Shown here: piece after piece, positions 49,984 through 58,165 of the stretch | Layout of the letters: each line of letters begins with the position of its first letter | Position numbering within the stretch: the first letter of the stretch is position 1 | From: Salisapilia sapeloensis CBS 127946 | Lineage: Eukaryota > Protista > Oomycota | Reading direction: 5' to 3' | DNA: 58,165 nt | Assembly: GCA_023334545.1 (NCBI GenBank) | Contig: JAADVB010000108.1 | Coordinates: 1 to 58,165, forward strand | The notes under the pieces: model-generated | What the model saw: the letters and a program-made list of their open reading frames with translations, nothing else | Databases searched by the model: none | What the model was told of the DNA's origin: nothing | Program-made: the position numbers and the translations under genes

Positions 49984-51137
49984 TTACTTGGCCATCACCC
50001 ATGTCTTCAGCTGTTTCTCATCATACGCCGCCGTCATGACTGCTTTTTTCCCAGTGAAAGCGACACCCGTGAGCAGACTATTGTTGACACACGAAGAGCT
50101 TTCTAGATTCACTTCTCCGTTCGTCGACAGACTCCAGACGTTCAAGTACATGTCTTCACTAACGGTAGCAAAACTGTCATCATGTTCATTCATTTCCAAC
50201 GCTGTGATCGCTCGCGTGTGGGCAGACACTTCAGCATGTAGGTGGAAGGTTTCTGGAGAATAGACACGAAAGAGACCAGTCAAGTACGTCGCTACGAGGT
50301 ATTCGCGACTAGTGAAACGAACGCTCGTGGCAGCATACTCGTCTTGCTTCAAACTTTGCTGTAGCTGGAACTTCTTATCAAATGAATGAATGAGAATGTC
50401 ACCAGAGATATCGCTACTAGCGAGATAATGGCTCTTGCTGCTACTATCAAGGCTGCAAATAGCGTGGGATTTGTGGCTGATGATTGTACCAACGAGTTCC
50501 AAGTCGGTTACAGAAGATGTCTTGGCATCTTTCGATGCACTTAGCTGCAGAACTTTACCGATAGAGGTACCGATCAAGAGACTTTGTGTAGATGCATGCA
50601 CCGCAGCGATGCCTTGGCAATAGAGAAAGTCACCTAAGACGGAAGTTAGAATTTGGTACAAGAGGGGATCAGGTAAGATATCACCTTCTTCAGCGTCCTT
50701 TAGCGCGTCTTTGACTTCTAGCTGGTAGACTGATCGATCACCAGAGCAATCAAAGACCTACGAGGCCAAACTAACCATCTATCACTGTGTTACACGGATA
50801 GGACCGACCTACCTCGACACCTCGGTCGGACGCGACGACGATGACGGTCATGTCGTAGAGTTCACAGAATCGAACTTCATGAATCAAAGATTGGTAGAAG
50901 CTACCTGTCTGAGGCAGTTTATGAATGACAGGGGAATCATTAGAACCATCGACAAAGACTGCCTCTTTGCGTGACGCATATACCTACAGCTCCAGGTGTC
51001 AATAGAAACGTTCAAAGAAACCAAATTTATCATCATACACTTGCTTTGCCATACGTCGATAGGTTATTGCATATATACGAGACGGAATGTTTGGTAGAAA
51101 CATCCACAGGATCCTTAAACCAAGATGTCGATGGCAT
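49984..51137 (-). CDS. WDR54: WD40-repeat protein, WDR54-like, 4 exons
   Basis: Spliced N-terminus ...SYICNNLST|VYASR..., YCQGIA, AHTRAITALEM, FATVSEDMYLNVWSL, NSLLTGVAF. Confidence 0.7.
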
Positions 51138-51296
51138 CGTACGAGTCTCACCTTGGCACTTGCAACTAGTCCGCGACCTTTCACGATCTCTCCATTTCCA
51201 AACCTAAAATACTGGTTTTATCTAATCCATCCAATCAATGCCCGTAAAACCAACCGCCCGACACAAAGTCGGTGGACATCATTTAAAGCGAAAATT

Positions 51297-52825
51297 ATGC
51301 CTATCAAGGACGAAGAAGACGATCCTGTCGTCTACGAGGTGCCTGTTCACCTTGCAGACCACTTGCGTAGCAATCTGTACGTCCCTACGTATCCATACAT
51401 ATAACTATTATCTATCAACTCCATCTATAAGCTTTAAAAAAACAATAAAAGAACGAGTACTCATGCATTTAATACCACTGGTAGACATTTAGCTCAATTT
51501 CCGCTACGTCCAGCCTATCGACCGATGGTGGACGCACCTTCTAGTGCTCGAGTGAAGCCTCGGAACCAAATTCTACAGCTAGACTATCCAGTTAATCAAC
51601 AGAGCAAGCACTTTGATAAAGACGCCGAGGATTATCTCAAGCAAGAGCATATCAAGCTCCAGTCCTCCGTCGTGAAACCGAGCTCCAACTACGCCGTCGG
51701 TGTCTTTCGTCAAGGCCAGCTCCATCTCACACCTGTCAAAGCCACCTTTCAAATGCGTCCTGGACTTAATCATATCGATGAAGCTGCAGATGAAGAGGAT
51801 ATCGGTACACCCCATACATAAGCATAGATGAGGAGCATACTCAAGTCTAGAGTAGACATGGAAGAAGAAGAGAAAGGAGAAGAGGAGATGCAAGAAGTAC
51901 AGATGCAGTTCGCAAAGAAAGGAGATCGGTCGCTATCGCTCCAACCTGCTTCCTACGGGCAGCTCCGGCAGCAAGTGAATGCAGAGAAATGGATCGATTT
52001 GGCTGTTGCGTCGAAAGAGGTACTTTTTCGATTATATCATCTGTAAAATATCGACTGAAAGGGAGTAGGAGGCCGTGACGACGGAAGAGTTTGAAAACTT
52101 ATTTAGTGAGAGTGAGGACGGAATCATCACCAAAGTGACGCCTGAAGAGTACCTTGCTGCCTTACGATACCGTAGTTCAGTCGACATGACTGGTCCGAAA
52201 TTACCACCGTAGGGATTATCTCACATCTCAACCCTAGCACTCGCTAATTTATCTCTAGGGTCAAGCAAGAGGACAGTCGAGACAAAGCAAAGGCCACGAA
52301 AGAGTCGGTGGATAAAAAATATGCAGACGTTTTCAACGTCCTCAAGACAGACAAAATGCTTCACTTTGATACACTATCCAGTATCTTGCCATCCAAATCC
52401 GAGGATGAACTTCTGACTGCCTTATCAGCTGTCTCGACCTCCATCGACGGCCGACTCGTCGTCAAGAGGTACCCATCTCCATGCACTTTTTACTTTCTGA
52501 TCTTACCATATACCTAGTGACTTGATATGTACGACGGACACGCAACGAGATGCTCGGAACGCCATTTTAAAAGAGGTAAACACTCTCTTGTACCATAAAC
52601 GTACCGTCTATATTAACACTGTATCAGTTGAGTACCAAGGGAAGTGGTGTAATTGATCGATCGGCGTTTGCAGCGACGCTTGGCTTGGGTGCAAACACGA
52701 TCCAGCCACTATTAGAAGAAGTTGCTGTGCTGGACCATTCCACTCGGAAGTGGAGTTTTAAACTTGCAGCAGACAAGACGTTTAATTCGCGATTTGCTTC
52801 TGTCGCGAATGCCACAAAAGTTTAA
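51297..52825 (+). CDS. POLR3E: RNA polymerase III subunit RPC5 (Sin-like), multi-exon
   Basis: EEDDPVVYEVPV...LY|LAQFPLRP, NYAVGVFRQGQLHLTPV...QMRPGLNHID; C-terminal winged-helix-like region. Confidence 0.88.
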
Positions 52826-52831
52826 TTTTGC

Positions 52832-53804
52832 CTAATCATTTTCGTGTTCTTGCATGTATTTTAAAGCTTTCTGTCGCCACTGCTTATAAGTCTCTTGAGG
52901 CGCTACTGGTGCTTGCTTTTCTTCATATGTAGGAGCGTCTTGTACCACTGGAGGAACTGGTACATCCAGTGGCATTGTACGGAGTTTCTCGATCAACTGA
53001 ATCGATCGATCGGATACATTCGTACTTTTTATTTCTTTCATCGGAGTGGATTCTACTGATGATGCCGATGCAGGCCGCTTCTTGGTCCGTTTGATCGTTC
53101 CTGATAACACTTTCGCGCAGTTTTTCTAAAACGTGGATGAGCTTCAATGGGACAAGATAGACATACAAAGTACCTGTATAGAGTCCACAAGCGGTTCAAA
53201 ATACGCTCGAGTAGCACATGCAATGTCCTGTAGTAAATCTTTATCCACTTTGATCTACAAGAGATGAATAAGAATGGCTATATAAAAAACAAAATGACGA
53301 GTACATTGGTCGCATTGGCACATGCATAGAGGCAGGCTGCTGCAAAGACGGTGTTTTCAGTCGAAAACGATTCACTCGTAGTGATTTGAACCTAGGATAC
53401 ATTTGTCGGTACATGCATGGTACAAAGCGAAAGGATAGAGATACAGCGAAGTGGGCAGTGACGCGCTGGACAAGGTCTGTGATGCTTTCGCAACCAAAGC
53501 GGATGCACAAAGCCGAGGAAGAGATACTCGCGTTCCGAAGTATTCGACTATGCTTTTTCATTACAGTTCGAGCAGTGCTTCGAATGTCGTCTGGCTTGCA
53601 TCCGCCCATTTTGGCCAACTTTTTAGTTTCCAGCACATCGTTTTCCTCCAATGCAGCAACATAGAGACATGCTAGAGCCATTCGAGAACCTTTATTGGAT
53701 CCATTGGTTGCACGAGTACCCATGAGGCGATGCAGTTCCTCACTTCGAGTTACCACGGAAGCTCGTAGGCCTCCATACTTGGTCGCAAAGTGTCGAGTGT
53801 CCAT
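52832..53804 (-). CDS. ORC6: Origin recognition complex subunit 6-like, 4 exons
   Basis: ACLYVAA, LAKMGG, ALCIRFGC, then spliced ENTVFAAACLYACA|IKVDKDLL, a TFIIB-like ORC6 pattern; C-terminal TYKQWRQKAL. Confidence 0.7.
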
Positions 53805-54110
53805 TTTCGTTTTTCGTGTCCAGATTAGCTGTTCGTACTAGCGCCACCGATTTTTAGTAATTTCGATGCTCGATCTGAGACGAAGCCAAAAGTTATTCAA
53901 CGTTTTTGACCAAAGGAACCTTCCCTCGTTCGGTCTTAAGCATGCATTTAGCTCTCTGAAGTAGTCCACATGCTATGAAAATGCATTTAGACTTATAAAC
54001 ATAGCCAATGTCGATGAAAGGTGATTTAAACAGTCGGTAGCTCTAGCATACATGTGAGAACTTGTGATCACTTGATGTTTGTATAGGATGACTCCCTCGA
54101 TAGAACCAAA

Positions 54111-55831
54111 ATGGAGCTGGACGATGCGGACGCGGCAGTCAGCGCAATCGCTTCTCCCCCATTGTCCAATACTTCCAACGGTCCTGAGGATCACATAGAA
54201 GAGGAAGAGAAGCCAGCTCTACCTTCTGAGTCTCAAGAAAATGAAGAATCTGCTCAACTCGTGTCACAATGGCGAGACCGGAGCAATCGACTCGAAGCTC
54301 TACTTCGCAAGCAAAAGACTCGGACAAATGAACTCGAGCAAACAGTACTCCATCTACACTACCTTTCTACATGCAGCCATCATCTTAAGCCAATCTCATA
54401 GGAAACCAAGCTAAAACGCTTGCTAGCAATGGCCAAGAGGAGTATTGACAATAGCAAGCAAGAGATCGTCGAGAAAGACGAGACGATTACTAATCTTAAG
54501 TCCAAGGTGCACTTTCCAGCCTCTTATCATCTATCCGTATCATATTCACCTATCCATCTAGATAACCTCCCTCCAAGAGACGTCTACTTCAAGCGGCACA
54601 CGACCTCCTAAACGCATCATTCTCAAAGTATCTGTGTATAACAAGATCTGGTGTTTCGTGGAGTTTGCTGTCGATTCAGAAGATGAAGAAGTGGAGGAAA
54701 ACACGACAGGATGGGTTGTCTTTCATACAGAAGAAGAGGTACAGAGGTATGCCGAGACAAGTGGCGGGGAGCCAGTGGTCATTCCAGACTATTCCCTAGC
54801 ACCTCGACAAGTCCAGAAACAAGTACAGCATACGTTCTTTCATATAAAGCAGACCTATTGCTGACGCATACAACCTCCTAGAAACAAACTGTGGAAGAAG
54901 AACTGCAACGCGTACAGGAAGAATTCCGACGATATCGGGTGCGAGCAGGTACATTGCTTTTCTCAACCGTCGCACCTTACCTTTCCTTTGTTACTAATTG
55001 GATGCGATAGAAATCACTCGGAAACAGAAGGATGCAGAATTGAAAAAGGTACCTCGTATGTCTACAAACCTGCTTTTATCGAATTCTGACTATCCACAAT
55101 AGTTATCAACGAATGCCGTGCAAAAGCAAACGGAGCAACTTGGAGAAACAGACGTCCAATCAGAACTTCAATCAAGCAAAGCACAGATCCGGCGTCTTAT
55201 GAAAGCGCAGTCAGATGCGGAAGAAAGAGTATCTTTTACTACTCCACAAAAGTTATTGCACAAACTCAACCCATGATAGGAAGAAGACTGGCGACGCAAG
55301 TTTGAAAAACTAAGAAAAGATTATGAAAAATTAAGTGGCACCATGGGCGAGACGGTTCTCGCGACGGAATGGCGGGAGCGATATGAACAATTGGCACAGG
55401 AAAAAGCCGAACTGGAGCGGCAGGTGAAGCCCATGATGCCGACACTCGGTCGTCGTAGGAGCAATAGCAACGGTGCTTCATCTCCAAACTCAGAACTACA
55501 GTCACTTAAGAATGAATTTGCGCAATACCGTGAAAAAGCAATGCAAGCCGTGGAAGAGAAAGAGAAGGAGTTGAAGGAAGTTCAGAATCATGGGTCGGCA
55601 GGGATGCGACGACGGAGCAGTAGTAACACGAGTTTGGGTGGATTGGAGATGTCGACGTCGAATTCCAAGCAGACGGAATACTTGAAAAACATCGTGCTCA
55701 AATACATGACATCCGAGGTAGAAGAAGCTAAGGAACCGATGGAAAAAGCAATTGCTACTGTTCTTAACTTTTCACCAGCAGAAGTGAAATTAGTGGAAGA
55801 AAAAAGAAAACAGCAAGGATGGTTTTGGTAG
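54111..55831 (+). CDS. GRIP-domain golgin (coiled coil), multi-exon
   Basis: Coiled-coil exons ending in TEYLKNIVLKYM...MEKAIATVLNFSPAE...GWFW*, the GRIP signature. Confidence 0.88.
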
Positions 55832-55953
55832 TGCAATTGATTTTCTTTCTCGTTTTCTACATGAGTAATTATTACTTTATTTGTTCAAGATATAAACCGT
55901 AAGATGCAAGTAAGTAAATTTGGAATATATTTTCGTACTCGATTAGAATTGAA

Positions 55954-56636
55954 CTAGGCACGATACACACTCGAGTTGCCTTGCTCTAGTGACGCACCAT
56001 TCGACGTGTTCATTGGCTTACTCAAGTCGTTTTGCATGGCATAGTACACGTTTGAGTCACTCGACAGCGCCGCGAAGGCCATGTACGTCTTGAACAAGAG
56101 AATAGCCTATTCATATGTATAAGCACTACTTCATAAGCGTTAAAAGCCATGTGCTCTACCATTAATTGCATCTCCACAAGCAAGAATAGAATGAGGAAGA
56201 CGTAGAAAGCTGTCGGCTTGTCATAACGCTTCAACTCGTCCTCCACGACTTTCAAGCTGCTGAATAAAGCAGACTCGGCAGCAGCGTAACAAGCGATCCC
56301 GAGAGAGATGGTATGGCAAAGAAGGCTGACACCTGAGGCAACAAGGAGCTATATGTGGATATCAGTCACCGATTGGGATAAATAAAGTAGATAGATAAAA
56401 GCAATGCTTACATATTTAACTTTGTCGACTGGAATATCCGCGCGCGTGTTTTGCATTATATAGTAGCCATACGCAGACACAAGGATTGCGATGACTGTGC
56501 TCCACCAAGCTTGGAACCACGTGACACTGAAGCCGACGAGAGTCACACCGAGATTGATTATGCTAAAGAGCTTAACACCGGAGATGGCAACCTCAAGAGG
56601 CTCGCTCATAGACGCTAGACCGCTTAGCCTTTCCAT
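55954..56636 (-). CDS. Uncharacterised multi-pass membrane protein, 3 exons
   Basis: GT-AG splicing joins the hydrophobic exons KLFSIINLGVTLVGF...|LLVASGVSLLCHTISLG...FYVFLILFLLVEMQLM|AILLFKTYMAF...SVYRA*. Confidence 0.65.
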
Positions 56637-57943
56637 TACTGCTTAAAGCTATTGACAGACAGCACTAGATTAGAAAATGAACCGGCAAGATGTGGTTTAT
56701 CCTGTGAAGAGACGCATCTCGCGTAGTGGACAAATCCCATGTGACGCCTGGCAAAAGCGGCGTCGGTTCATTCTGATTGGATTTTGCGATTAAGCTTTTC
56801 CAGCTACCACGTTCTGTTGCTCACTTTTAATATCTTGGAACTACATAATCAAGTTGATCTCGAAACTATCCTATATTGGATTCAATGACTGTTCAAATTG
56901 CTTGCATTTTAAAATCAATTGTGTAATCAGAATGACTAGAATAAATTATGGCAAATACACTTTGCAACCAAATTTGATCTGATCGGTACATGTCGATGAA
57001 ATATAAAGCGATGTTCACTTCTTCGATATTTACAGTAAGCCTTGCACTTCGTGATATTGTGGTAGTAGAATAGATTGACCTAGGAAAAGTATGATAGGCT
57101 CACGAATGTACTCACATCGGATTGCGACAAAAAATGCGGTGTAACCATTCATTATCCATCCGAAAAATAACCGGCGTCTCGGCAAAATCGAATTAGACGA
57201 AGAGTATTATCGCAAAGAAATAGCAAAAACCAGTCGGTTGCCAAGAATGATATCGTCAGCTTTCAGCAAAAACTTTGAAGATTCTGGAAGTCTATATGAA
57301 TGCAAACATCCTTTCCTGGTAGATGACTTTAAGATGTATTGTGTCACGTACAAGGAGTTTCTATCGTCGATGAACCGAAAGACACTTCAGGAATCCCAGA
57401 CAAAGTCAGCACAATAGCCTTAAACAAGATAATCCTTGAACCACCTGATAACCTACCAGGCTGGTGCGTACCTGCACAACTACTACTTTAACTTTGCTAA
57501 AATTAATTTTATAAATGAAAGAAACAAAGCAAACCCTAAATGATTTATAAGCATTTGAGTGGTGACGGAATTGAGGCACACATCCGAAAAGCTGACATTT
57601 TGTACGATATATCTAACAACGCTACCAAGCACATCAACTTAGCTATTGAGAGTGTCGACGTCTCTATCGATGCTTTGCTACAACGCCTTCTGAAAACACC
57701 AAAATTCTGTCACTTTCAAACGTCAACGGCTATAGAATGCTAGAACGTCTGTCGAGGTTCAACTCACTGCGACTTGTGTACAAAATTTATGCATCTATCC
57801 ATTTACACAGCCAAACCGACACAAAGTTATACTTTGCTTCATCTATGGATGATTCTGCCTACACACTACTGCAGAACCTGGCTATAAACCTACTTCATTC
57901 CTGATTTAAATTTTATACTAACGAGTGTAACTTGTCCTACTAG

Positions 57944-58136
57944 GGACTTGTCGTGGAACCAAATCAGCAGTTTCGAAGCGAACCTTCCATCACTCTACCA
58001 TTTGTAAGCGATCTAAAAGGTGGTATGGTTGGTAAAATAAGTACTCACGGCTCATACCTGCCCTTAGGAATCTGGGCAACAATAGTCTCAAGTCAATTCC
58101 TTCTTCTGTGGTCAACTTGACAAGTCTGAGAAATTT
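57944..58136 (+). CDS. Leucine-rich-repeat exons of a partial gene running off the window end (LRR receptor-like)
   Basis: Exon 57944-58003 gives DLSWNQISSFEANLPSLYHL and exon 58068-58136 gives NLGNNSLKSIPSSVVNLTSLRNL. Both are flanked by AG/GT in phase 2. Confidence 0.65.
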
Positions 58137-58165
58137 GTAAACAACCTATCTGTCCATTAACTTCA

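Overview
Gene-dense eukaryotic genomic window, most consistent with an oomycete (stramenopile). Support: short GT-AG introns, an INR/FPR-like core promoter, a BT1 transporter, an oomycete-type LRR-receptor ectodomain, and CEP290 implying flagellated cells. I can support about 38 protein-coding loci, many spliced and several absent from the ORF track (NDUFS5, DAD2, the full GET1, WDR54, ORC6). Most are housekeeping genes packed head-to-head and tail-to-tail. I recognised no rRNA, tRNA, CRISPR array or intact transposon. The most striking item is a 7-exon LarA-superfamily (nickel-pincer-nucleotide-dependent racemase/epimerase) gene at 3573-5340. It keeps the His/Lys/His cofactor-ligand spacing, yet no larB/larC/larE lies in the window. 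Also notable are a five-gene mitochondrial run (two IMP peptidases, a LYR-zinc-ribbon fusion, NDUFB8, ClpP), a DASH-complex DAD2 gene, decayed or partial LRR-receptor genes near both ends, and a near-identical 26-27 nt hairpin found at two distant loci. All family assignments come from motifs recognised by eye, not from database searches. Exon boundaries are manual predictions.
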